Shown piece by piece: positions 30,616-39,359 of a stretch of DNA of 45,614 bases. The stretch comes from an uncultured Gammaproteobacteria bacterium (GTDB lineage Bacteria; Patescibacteriota; Patescibacteriia; Patescibacteriales; UBA12465). Under the pieces are notes generated by a model. That model ran no database searches. It was not told the DNA's origin and worked only from the letters and a program-made list of their open reading frames with translations. The first letter of the stretch is position 1, and each line of letters starts with the position of its first letter. The position numbers and the translations under genes were made by a program. The stretch is from positions 1 through 45,614 of the forward strand of contig CAYPAP010000003.1 in the NCBI GenBank assembly GCA_964408775.1, in the 5' to 3' direction.

Positions 30616-31659
30616 ATGCTGAGAAATAAAAACAACAAACCCGCGTTTACTCTAATTGAATTATTGGTGGTGATTGCTATAATCGGAATATTAGCTACTC
30701 TGGCTGTTGTGTCTCTGCAAAATGCCAGAAAAAATGCTCGAGATGCTAAAAGGATAGCGGATATTAGGCAAGTTCAAACTGCCTTAGAGCTATATTATAA
30801 TGACGTTGGTGAATATCCAGCTGAAGCAACTAGTTCTATTGCCTATGGTAGTAATATTTATATGGCAGTTTACCCTACCGCACCTACTCCGGCTGATGGA
30901 GATTGTGCTGATGAAGATAATGCCTATATTTATACTCAACAAAACTTGGGCACCTCATACACTATCGATTTCTGCCTAGGCACTTATACTGGAGGGCTGA
31001 CAGCAGGTTCTAAGCAGGCTACTCCAGGTGGAATAGTTACTCCTTGGGATTGTGGTGAAACTCTTGTCGACTCTAGGGACAGTAATGAATATGCTACAGT
31101 AGAAATAGGGACTCAGTGCTGGATGGCCGAAAACCTAGCTTATCTTCCGAGTGTGACTGGTCCTAGTGCGCAATGGAACTCGACCGACCCTAGATATGCC
31201 GTGTATAATTATACTAGTGCATCAAACTCAGTAATAGATGCTAAGGCTACCACTAACTACTCTACTTACGGAGTATTATATAATTGGTTTGCCGTTGATC
31301 AAGCGAGTATTTGCCCCACCGGTTGGAGCGTCCCCACTGATACTCAATTAACAACTCTAACTACCTATTTAGGAGGGCTAAGTGTGGCTGGAGGGAAAAT
31401 GAAGCAAACAGGAACAACTCATTGGGCCTCTCCTAATACTGGGGCTACTAATGAATCAGGCTTCACGGCCTTGCCGGCCGGTAACCGCTTAAGCGATGGT
31501 TCATTCGGTAACCTTGGTTATGTTGCCATCTTTTGGTCATCGTCAGAGAGTAGTCCCGACAATTCTTGGTATCGGTACTTGTATTATTATCTTGAAGGGG
31601 TGGACCACCTCAGCAATCTTCAGACTCTCGGTTTATCGGTGCGTTGTCTTAAAAATTAA
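30616..31659 (+). CDS. Type IV pilin N-terminus fused to FISUMP (Fib_succ_major) domain, paralog 1
   Basis: PA-FTLIELLVVIAIIGIL prepilin motif; DSRD..Y.TV.IG.QCWMAENL, YGVLYNW, CPTGW.VPT, FWSSS, G.SVRCLKN. Confidence 0.9.
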   Translation: MLRNKNNKPAFTLIELLVVIAIIGILATLAVVSLQNARKNARDAKRIADIRQVQTALELYYNDVGEYPAEATSSIAYGSNIYMAVYPTAPTPADGDCADEDNAYIYTQQNLGTSYTIDFCLGTYTGGLTAGSKQATPGGIVTPWDCGETLVDSRDSNEYATVEIGTQCWMAENLAYLPSVTGPSAQWNSTDPRYAVYNYTSASNSVIDAKATTNYSTYGVLYNWFAVDQASICPTGWSVPTDTQLTTLTTYLGGLSVAGGKMKQTGTTHWASPNTGATNESGFTALPAGNRLSDGSFGNLGYVAIFWSSSESSPDNSWYRYLYYYLEGVDHLSNLQTLGLSVRCLKN

Positions 31660-31722
31660 TTTTGTAACCCTTAAATTTTCACGGGGTTAATATTGATGAG
31701 TTAATATTAAACCGCTAAAAAC

Positions 31723-34683
31723 ATGAACGAAGAATTAAAAAAACTAAATAAAGAACAATTATCAGCCGTTAAACATGAGAAGGGCCCGCTCTTGGTGGTG
31801 GCTGGGGCCGGAACTGGAAAGACCACCGTTTTAATTAATCGCCTGGCTTATTTAATTATGGAAAAGGGCATTAAAACTGATGAAATAGTTTTGACAACTT
31901 TTACCGAAAAATCGGCTCACGAAATGATAGAGAGAGCTGACAAAATTTTACCTTATGGTTATGTGGATTTATGGATTCATACCTTTCACGGTTTGGCTGA
32001 GCGAATTTTACGACAAAATAGTTTAGAAATTGGAGTAAATTCGGAGTTTAAATTATTAGACAGCACTTCTCAATGGGTTTTCTTGAAGAAAAATATAGAT
32101 GAATTAAATTTAAAATATTATCATTCTTCCGGTAATCCTAATAAATTTATTGCCGAACTTTTAAGTCATTTTTCTCGTCTTAAAGACGAAAACATTTCCA
32201 GTCAGGAGTATCAACAAGTGGTAACTAAAATTGAAAAAGACTTTAAGAAAAATTCAGCTGGTGAAATTAGTGATAGGGAAGAAGCCATGGAGATAGAGCG
32301 CTTAAAAGAGTTAGCCGGAGCTTATGCCACTTACAATAATTTATTAATACAAAATAATTTCCTAGATTTTGGTGATTTGATAAATTATACCATCAAATTA
32401 TTTAGAGAGCGACCTAATATTTTAAAAATTTATAAGAATAAATTTAAATATTTAATGGTGGACGAATTTCAAGATACCAATTTAGCTCAATATGAGTTAA
32501 TAAAAATTTTAGCTGGGACGGAAAATAATTTAATGGTGGTCGGTGATGACGATCAGTCAATTTATAAATTCCGCGGAGCTTCAATTTCCAATATCATGCA
32601 ATTTAAGGACGATTATCCTCAGACTAAGGAAATTATTTTAAGTAATAATTATCGTTCTCGTCAGGAAATATTAGATACCGCCTATAATTTTATTAAAAAT
32701 AATAACCCCAACCGCTTGGAAGCTAGGTTGGGGATTAATAAGAAGTTAAAATCAGGTCTGAAGTTTTCTGGTGATAAGCCAGCAGTCAGCGCTTTTAATT
32801 TTTTAGCTCAATCAGATGAGCTTAGTTTTGTCAGTTCTAAGATAATGGAAATTTATGAAAGCGAACCCGAGACCAATTGGCTAGACTTTGCTATTTTAGC
32901 TCGCACTAATAATACGGCCGAAAATTTTTCCAAAGAATTAAGTCGCTTAAATATTCCTAATTATTTCGTTTCGCTCAAAGGCCTATATTACAAGCCAATA
33001 ATTTTGGATATTATTTCGTATTTTAAATTGCTTGATAATTATAAGGAGTCATCGGCCCTCTATCGAGTTTTAAATATGGATGAGTTTAAAATTTCTAATA
33101 TTGATTTGGTAAATTTAAATGCTTTTGCTAAGCGTAATTATTGGTCCCTATACGAGGCCTTGAAAAACGTTGATAAAATAAAGGGGATTAGCGCCGAATC
33201 ATTACCAAAAATAAATAAACTCTTAAGTTTAATAGAAAATCATTTGCCCTTAGTGGGCGATAAAAAGCCGAGCTATATTTTTATTAAATTTATTTATGAT
33301 AGTGAAATTTTAAAAAATTTACATCACGAGAGAGATCGGGAAGTTTTTTCTTATGTTAATCAATTTTATCAAAAGATTAAAAAATTTGAGGAAGGAACTG
33401 AAGATTTACGTTTGAAAGATTTCATTGAAGCTTTAGAATTTGAGTTGGAGGCTGGTGATACGGGGGGATTAAAAAATGATTTTGCTGATGTTGATACTGT
33501 TAAGGTCATGACCGTTCATTCGGCTAAGGGCTTGGAGTTTAAATATGTTTTTTTAGTAGATTTGGTGGAGCGTCGTTTCCCAAGTGATGCTCGATCAGAA
33601 AAAATCGTTATACATCCGGCTTTGATTAAAGAAAAGATTGCTGAAAATGATAATTTTCATATTGAAGAAGAGCGGAGATTATTTTATGTGGCCTTAACTC
33701 GAGCTAAGGAGGGCTTGATTTTAACTAGCGCCAAAGATTTTGGTGGAGCTCGAGAAAAGCGACCTTCAGCTTTTATTTCTGAGGCGGGATTGGATTTAAT
33801 TGAGTCTGATAAAATTGATTTCTCTAGTTTGGAGTTTTTGAAAGATTTAAAAACGGCCACTGAAGATAAACCAAAATTAATTAAAAAAGATGATTATCAA
33901 TTACCAGCTCATTTTTCCTTTTCTCAATTCGCCGCTTTTGAAAAATGTCCCCTGCAGTATAAGTATGCCCATATTTTAAAAATTCCATCTTCTGAGGATA
34001 AGCCTAGCTTAACTTTTGGACGGGTTATTCATGATACTTTATATAATTTTTTATTACCATTAATTGCTAATAATAATTTACAAGCCGACTTATTTTCTTC
34101 AAGTAAAAAAAGTACAGATGTTAAGGGTAAATTAAGTGAGAAAAAGTTATTGGATTTTTATAAGAAATTTTGGAAGGGGGAAGGTTATGGTAGTGAGAAA
34201 AAAAGAGACGAATACTGGCACAAGGGCTTGGACTTATTAAAAAAGTTTTATGAAGATTTGATGTCCAACGAATTACCCAATGTCTATTTTTTAGAAAAAG
34301 ATTTTCGCTTTAAGTTTCAAGATTTTTTGGTTAAGGGGAAAATTGATAGAGTTGATAAATTAGCTGATGGTAGTTTTGAAATTATTGATTATAAGACGGG
34401 TTCGGCTAAGGACAAATTAGAGACAGGGGAGAAACGACAATTGGTTTTGTATAAGATGGTGGCCGAGGCTTCTTTCGGAATTAAGGCTGATAAATTGAGT
34501 TATTATTATTTGGAAGATGGCAGTAAATTAAGCTTTTCGGCTAAGGATAAGGATATTGAAAAAATGGAGGAATGGTTAGTAGAGAGCGTGGAGGAAATTA
34601 GAAAAAAGCAGTTTTTACCGAAACCCTCGTCCTTCACCTGCCCCTTCTGCGACTTTAAAGGTATTTGTGAGTTTAGGCAGTAA
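31723..34683 (+). CDS. UvrD/PcrA-family helicase fused to a PD-(D/E)xK nuclease with Fe-S cysteines (AdnAB/AddAB-like)
   Basis: AGAGTGKT, VDEFQD, GDDDQSIY.FRGA, TVHSAKGLEF, EERRLFYVALTRA; GKIDRVD..IIDYKTG; CPLQY...CPFCDFKGIC. Confidence 0.9.
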   Translation: MNEELKKLNKEQLSAVKHEKGPLLVVAGAGTGKTTVLINRLAYLIMEKGIKTDEIVLTTFTEKSAHEMIERADKILPYGYVDLWIHTFHGLAERILRQNSLEIGVNSEFKLLDSTSQWVFLKKNIDELNLKYYHSSGNPNKFIAELLSHFSRLKDENISSQEYQQVVTKIEKDFKKNSAGEISDREEAMEIERLKELAGAYATYNNLLIQNNFLDFGDLINYTIKLFRERPNILKIYKNKFKYLMVDEFQDTNLAQYELIKILAGTENNLMVVGDDDQSIYKFRGASISNIMQFKDDYPQTKEIILSNNYRSRQEILDTAYNFIKNNNPNRLEARLGINKKLKSGLKFSGDKPAVSAFNFLAQSDELSFVSSKIMEIYESEPETNWLDFAILARTNNTAENFSKELSRLNIPNYFVSLKGLYYKPIILDIISYFKLLDNYKESSALYRVLNMDEFKISNIDLVNLNAFAKRNYWSLYEALKNVDKIKGISAESLPKINKLLSLIENHLPLVGDKKPSYIFIKFIYDSEILKNLHHERDREVFSYVNQFYQKIKKFEEGTEDLRLKDFIEALEFELEAGDTGGLKNDFADVDTVKVMTVHSAKGLEFKYVFLVDLVERRFPSDARSEKIVIHPALIKEKIAENDNFHIEEERRLFYVALTRAKEGLILTSAKDFGGAREKRPSAFISEAGLDLIESDKIDFSSLEFLKDLKTATEDKPKLIKKDDYQLPAHFSFSQFAAFEKCPLQYKYAHILKIPSSEDKPSLTFGRVIHDTLYNFLLPLIANNNLQADLFSSSKKSTDVKGKLSEKKLLDFYKKFWKGEGYGSEKKRDEYWHKGLDLLKKFYEDLMSNELPNVYFLEKDFRFKFQDFLVKGKIDRVDKLADGSFEIIDYKTGSAKDKLETGEKRQLVLYKMVAEASFGIKADKLSYYYLEDGSKLSFSAKDKDIEKMEEWLVESVEEIRKKQFLPKPSSFTCPFCDFKGICEFRQ

Positions 34684-34698
34684 ACCCTTTTTACATTA

Positions 34699-34726
34699 TT
34701 GACCTTTCGGGGGGGGGTAGTATAAT
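34699..34726 (+). promoter_or_regulatory. Sigma70 promoter with a G9 tract in a 16-bp spacer
   Basis: TTGACC-TTTCGGGGGGGGGTAG-TATAAT. Confidence 0.75.
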
Positions 34727-34745
34727 GAGAGTATTAGGATCTTTG

Positions 34746-34878
34746 CGTGCCGCGTGCCACGTATAGCCTTGCGGCACGTGGTCCAGCTCGCTTTATGCGA
34801 AGCATAAAAGAATTTTACGTGGAAAGGGATCACTTGTCCACGTGCGAGCTCCGTTTGCGGAGCGAGTTATACGTGGCA
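34746..34878. repeat. Cluster of GC-rich palindromic units forming a structured 5' leader
   Basis: TGCCACGTATA (34755-34765) and TATACGTGGCA (34868-34878) close a region with several internal hairpins; GC far above the flanks. Confidence 0.8.
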
Positions 34879-34933
34879 GGTTTAGTTCAAATAATAAAAT
34901 TATTATTATAAAACAATTAATACAACAAACTCT

Positions 34934-35995
34934 ATGTTCAAAATTAAAACCAAAAAACCAGGATTTACTCTAATCGAGCTATTAGTAGTAATCGCCATAA
35001 TAGGTATATTAGCTACTCTAGCCGTAGTATCCCTACAAAACGCTAGAAAGAATGCGCGTGACGCTAAAAGAATAGCCGATGTTAGACAAATGCAAACAGC
35101 ATTAGAACTATACTATAATGACACCGGAGTATATCCGTTAACTGGAGAAATAGATAGTACTATAGCTACGGGAGGATCAACCTATATGGCTACTGTCCCA
35201 ACAGCGCCCACTCCAGCAGATGGAGACTGTGAGGAAAGTGATAATACTTACACTTATACCTCTGCTAACGGATCGACCTATACCATAGGCTTTTGTATCG
35301 GAAGCAATATTTCTAGTTTGTTAGCCGGGACTAAACAAGCTACTCCAGCTGGGATTGGAGACCCTCCTCCCGCTCCCTGGGCCTGTGGTGATACTTTAAT
35401 TGATTCTCGAGATAGCAATGAATACGCTACGGTGGAAATTGGAACTCAATGCTGGATGGCCGAAAATCTAGCCTATCTCCCAGTGGTTCATAGCAATTCT
35501 CAATTTAGCACTCAAGGAGGCAGTTCTCTTCCCGGCTATGGTGTCTATAATTATGATGGCAGTGATGCCCCCACGGCCAAAGCTCTACCTGATTATTCCA
35601 CCTATGGAGTTCTATATAATTGGTTTGCCGTTGATCAAGTAAGTATTTGCCCCACCGGTTGGAGTGTTCCTACTGATGCTCAATTAACAGCTCTAACTAC
35701 CTATTTAGGGGGAGAAAGTGTGGCTGGAGGAAAGATGAAGGAGGCTGGAACAGTTCATTGGGCTTCACCTAATACCGGAGCTGACAATACCTCTAATTTT
35801 ACGGGCTTACCAGCTGGCAACCGCAGTACCGATGGTTCCTTCTCCACTCTTGGCTATCTCGCCAGCTTTTGGTCATCGTCCGAGGATACTCCTGGCAATT
35901 CTTGGTACCGGCGCTTCCGCTGGGATAGTGCCGGAGTTAACCGCTTCGGCAGTAGCCAGGCTAGCGGTTATTCGGTTCGTTGCCTTAAGAACTAA
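34934..35995 (+). CDS. Type IV pilin N-terminus fused to FISUMP domain, paralog 2
   Basis: PG-FTLIELLVVIAIIGIL; same FISUMP motifs as paralog 1. Confidence 0.9.
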   Translation: MFKIKTKKPGFTLIELLVVIAIIGILATLAVVSLQNARKNARDAKRIADVRQMQTALELYYNDTGVYPLTGEIDSTIATGGSTYMATVPTAPTPADGDCEESDNTYTYTSANGSTYTIGFCIGSNISSLLAGTKQATPAGIGDPPPAPWACGDTLIDSRDSNEYATVEIGTQCWMAENLAYLPVVHSNSQFSTQGGSSLPGYGVYNYDGSDAPTAKALPDYSTYGVLYNWFAVDQVSICPTGWSVPTDAQLTALTTYLGGESVAGGKMKEAGTVHWASPNTGADNTSNFTGLPAGNRSTDGSFSTLGYLASFWSSSEDTPGNSWYRRFRWDSAGVNRFGSSQASGYSVRCLKN

Positions 35996-36013
35996 AAAAA
36001 TGATTATCCACTA

Positions 36014-36040
36014 CTCAAAATTAGCCTAGCTAATTTTGAG
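36014..36040. other. Perfect 12-bp stem with 3-nt loop just 3' of paralog 2 (DGR-type hairpin or terminator)
   Basis: CTCAAAATTAGC-CTA-GCTAATTTTGAG. Confidence 0.7.
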
Positions 36041-36116
36041 ATCTCTTTTTTTCTTTTATCCTAATAATATATAATAAGTGTGTAAAAAGTAATGTCTTTT
36101 TTAACATTCCTCAATT

Positions 36117-36148
36117 AAAAAAGGAAGCTCGTTGGCTTCCTTATTTTT
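36117..36148 (-). terminator. Intrinsic terminator, probably bidirectional
   Basis: AAGGAAGC-TCGTTG-GCTTCCTT with an A run on the left and a T-rich run on the right. Confidence 0.72.
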
Positions 36149-36160
36149 ATTTTTTTCTTT

Positions 36161-37021
36161 CTATTTTCCGCAAACCATCCCTTTACAGGATGAGGTTGTC
36201 GGAGCTCCCAGACAAATTTGAACATTCTCCACGTTAGAGAATGGTCTTTCCGGGAAAATCAGAAGGTCAATTACCTCACCGATCAACACAGATTCAGAGA
36301 TTTTCATCTCTACATATTCTGTAATCAATCTCTGGATTTCTGGTTGATTTTTCTGATTTATTTTTTCAAAGACCTCCCTTATATACCTCGGGAGAAATAG
36401 TGTCTCCGATTCCGGATCTTCTCCGGCGATCTTTTTAAAAACCTCTATGGGGTTGAAGAATTTCTTGGCATTGGTGTGTATGTGTATCCACACTGGGATC
36501 GTAATTACAGAGTTTCTGTATTTTCCGGAAACTTTAGTATTAACACGCAGAACACTCACCTCAATATTTTCTTCACTTCCTTCGGGATTTTCCTTATTAT
36601 ACCATGCTGACTGAGCATCCTCAGTTTTTAACTGGTAAATAATTCCTTTAGCCCATACAGGCTCATCAATAATTATTTTCTCTCCCTTTTGTTTAACTGC
36701 TACCTGGCCATGTTTAGTTTGGTGTATTATTTGGAGGAAGGCACTGTCGTAGCGACTTGTCTTTGGGGGGATTGTGATAAATCTTTCGCGGACACTGAGT
36801 ACCAATATTAAATTCAATAATGGTATTCCACCACCAAAGAGCATCGAAAGCGTGAGCTTTTTTTCGATCCAATCTTTAGGCATATCACCAGGACCCGCCA
36901 ATACTGAAAATAAAATTAATCCCACGAGAAGCAGGGCGCAGAGGATAAGAAAGGTTTTTTCCCCTGGTTTTTCAGCAAAAAAGAGAAAATGACTTCTAAT
37001 CATTTTTTTAATTGTTTTCAT
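36161..37021 (-). CDS. Orphan membrane protein (two N-terminal TM helices)
   Basis: 286-aa ORF with its own promoter and terminator; no family recognised. Confidence 0.78.
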   Translation of the reverse strand: MKTIKKMIRSHFLFFAEKPGEKTFLILCALLLVGLILFSVLAGPGDMPKDWIEKKLTLSMLFGGGIPLLNLILVLSVRERFITIPPKTSRYDSAFLQIIHQTKHGQVAVKQKGEKIIIDEPVWAKGIIYQLKTEDAQSAWYNKENPEGSEENIEVSVLRVNTKVSGKYRNSVITIPVWIHIHTNAKKFFNPIEVFKKIAGEDPESETLFLPRYIREVFEKINQKNQPEIQRLITEYVEMKISESVLIGEVIDLLIFPERPFSNVENVQICLGAPTTSSCKGMVCGK

Positions 37022-37047
37022 GGTGTCTGTTTTTGGGGTTAATGTTG

Positions 37048-37102
37048 ATTTTAAAGGACTTTTTTAATTTATAAAAGTAGCACATTTATTTTAAAAAGTC
37101 AA
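37048..37102 (-). promoter_or_regulatory. Sigma70 promoter + boxA-like motif
   Basis: TTGACT-17-TACTTT with TGn; GTCCTTTAAAAT 14 nt downstream of the -10. Confidence 0.6.
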
Positions 37103-37165
37103 TAGTTGTTTAAAATTGCTTATAATGTTATTATAATAGATATTTAATTCTTTCTATTAATAAAT

Positions 37166-38167
37166 ATGAATGACAAGGATCGGGTTATCAGCCCCACAGA
37201 AACAAATAACGACAAAGCCTTTGACTTGAGCCTACGCCCCAAGTCTTTTAGTGAATACATCGGTCAAGATAGCGTTAAGACCAATTTAAACATCACCATC
37301 AAGGCGGCTCTAAAGCGCAACGAACCCATTGAACATGTTTTGTTTTATGGAGCCCCTGGACTAGGTAAAACAACTCTGGCTCATGTTCTAGCAAATGAAT
37401 TAAGCGCTAATATTAAAGTAACCTCTGGTCCGGCTATTGAAAGAAGTGGAGACTTGGCGGCTATTTTAACCAACCTCAGCGAAGGTGATATTTTATTCAT
37501 TGACGAAATTCATCGTCTTAATAAAACTATTGAAGAAATTTTGTATCCAGCCATGGAGGATTATGCTTTAGACTTAATAATGGGTAAGGGTCCCGGAGCT
37601 CGAACTTTGCGTCTAGATCTCCCAAAATTTACTATCATTGGCGCTACTACTAAGGCCAGCATGTTATCAGCTCCACTACGCGACAGATTTGGTATTATTC
37701 ATCACTTAGATTTTTATCATGCTGATGACATTGAACAAATTGTCCATCGCAGTGCTGGAATTTTAAATATTGAAATTGATGAAGAGGCCGGTAAATTAAT
37801 CTCTCATCGTTCTCGTCGCACTCCGCGTATTGCTAATCGCCTTTTAAAACGTGTCCGTGACTTTTCCCAAGTCGAAGGTCGAGGAGTAATTGATAAAGAC
37901 ATTTGTCTAAAATCTTTCGAAGTTTTAAATATTGATGAATATGGCCTAGATTATGTCGATAGAAAAATATTAAACACTATTATTGAAAAATTTGGCGGTG
38001 GCCCAGTGGGTTTAAATACTTTAGCCGCTTCAACCGGTGAAGATATGGCTACCATTGAAGACGTTTATGAACCCTATTTAATGCAAATTGGCTTCCTAGA
38101 TCGCTCTCCCCGAGGTCGTTTAGCGACTGATCAGGCCTTTAAACACTTGGGTTTTAAGACGGAATAG
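37166..38167 (+). CDS. ruvB: Holliday junction branch migration helicase RuvB
   Basis: [39 protein letters not shown]. Confidence 0.97.
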   Translation: MNDKDRVISPTETNNDKAFDLSLRPKSFSEYIGQDSVKTNLNITIKAALKRNEPIEHVLFYGAPGLGKTTLAHVLANELSANIKVTSGPAIERSGDLAAILTNLSEGDILFIDEIHRLNKTIEEILYPAMEDYALDLIMGKGPGARTLRLDLPKFTIIGATTKASMLSAPLRDRFGIIHHLDFYHADDIEQIVHRSAGILNIEIDEEAGKLISHRSRRTPRIANRLLKRVRDFSQVEGRGVIDKDICLKSFEVLNIDEYGLDYVDRKILNTIIEKFGGGPVGLNTLAASTGEDMATIEDVYEPYLMQIGFLDRSPRGRLATDQAFKHLGFKTE

Positions 38168-38176
38168 ACATTAATT

Positions 38177-39268
38177 ATGAAGCTTTCGGATTTTAACTAC
38201 AATCTACCTCCCGAGCTAATCGCTCAGGAGCCAGCTAGTCCACGGGATCACTCCCGTCTTTTAGTTTATAATCGTCAAAGCAAAAAAACTGAGCATCAGA
38301 AATTTTATGATATTATAAATTATTTAAAACCCGGAGATATTTTATTTGTAAATAATTCCAAGGTTTTTTCAGCCCGTCTCAAGGCTCACAAAAAAACTGG
38401 AGGAGAGATAGAAATATTTTTATTAAAAAATATTAATCAGGAAAAAAATATTTGGCAGTGCTTGATTGGTGGGCGAGTCAAGGATGGAGCCGAATTAATT
38501 TTAGCAGATAATTTGATAGCTATAATTATAAAAAATGATGAGAATAACTTTAGTGATGATAACAATAACACTCGCCAAGTAGTTTTCAATAAAAAATATT
38601 CGGATTTTTTAAAAATAATAGAAAAAATTGGTTGGACGCCACTTCCGCCTTATATCAAAAGAGCCAATCAAAACAAAAACGATTTAAAAAATTATCAAAC
38701 TATTTATGCTAAGGATGATAAAACAGGATCATCGGCGGCGCCCACGGCTGGTCTTCATTTTACTGATGATCTTTTGAAGAAAATAGAGAATAAGGGTGTA
38801 GAAATATTGGAGGGGACTTTACATGTGGGCTTGGGGACTTTTTCGCCTATTAAAACGGAAAATATTTTAGATCATCAAATGCACAGCGAAGAAGTAGAAA
38901 TTTCTCAAGAAGTTTTACGGAAAATAATTGAAGCTAAAAAAGAGGGAAGACGTATTATTGCTGTGGGAACGACTTCGGTTAGAATACTGGAAAGTATTTT
39001 TGGCAATAATCCCCCGCGTATAGCCAACCTTGCAGGTTGGCACGCGGTTCCCAAAAACATTTCTTTTTCTACTAACATCTTCGTCTATCCCGGTTATAAA
39101 TTTCAGGTTGTTGATGGCTTAATAAGTAATTTTCATCTTCCAAAATCAAGCCTAATCCTATTAATTAGTGCTTTAATTGGTCGAGAGGAAACCTTAGAAA
39201 TTTATCAACAGGCTGTGGAAGAAAAGTATCGTTTTTTCAGTTATGGCGACGCCATGTTGATAATTTGA
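38177..39268 (+). CDS. queA: SAM:tRNA ribosyltransferase-isomerase
   Basis: LIAQEP, PLPPYIKR, AAPTAGLHFT, HVGLGTF, NFHLPKS, YRFFSYGDAM. Confidence 0.96.
   Translation: MKLSDFNYNLPPELIAQEPASPRDHSRLLVYNRQSKKTEHQKFYDIINYLKPGDILFVNNSKVFSARLKAHKKTGGEIEIFLLKNINQEKNIWQCLIGGRVKDGAELILADNLIAIIIKNDENNFSDDNNNTRQVVFNKKYSDFLKIIEKIGWTPLPPYIKRANQNKNDLKNYQTIYAKDDKTGSSAAPTAGLHFTDDLLKKIENKGVEILEGTLHVGLGTFSPIKTENILDHQMHSEEVEISQEVLRKIIEAKKEGRRIIAVGTTSVRILESIFGNNPPRIANLAGWHAVPKNISFSTNIFVYPGYKFQVVDGLISNFHLPKSSLILLISALIGREETLEIYQQAVEEKYRFFSYGDAMLII
39014..39047 (+). repeat. Palindromic element inside the queA reading frame
   Basis: CCGCGT-ATA-GCCAACCT-TGC-AGGTTGGC-ACGCGG; same design as the unit at 34757-34781. 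Confidence 0.8.
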
Positions 39269-39359
39269 TTTTTAGTCAAATTTTTGCTACCTTGTAAGTA
39301 CTATTTTAAAAGTTATTTTATTTTTTTCGGATAAACTTATTCGTCTAAATATAGTCTTT

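Noticed and set aside
34746-34878. tRNA, SRP RNA or known riboswitch
   Set aside because: No T-loop/anticodon cloverleaf, SRP loop or recognisable aptamer consensus; it is better explained as inverted copies of a palindromic unit.
30616-37165. A complete DGR (RT, avd, template repeat) in the window
   Set aside because: No ORF has RT motifs and I found no third, AAY-rich copy of the variable region on either strand; only candidate targets are present.
38530-38572. AAT/AAC-rich stretch in queA as a DGR template
   Set aside because: It is a short Asn/Asp-rich coding loop with no similarity to the pilin variable regions.
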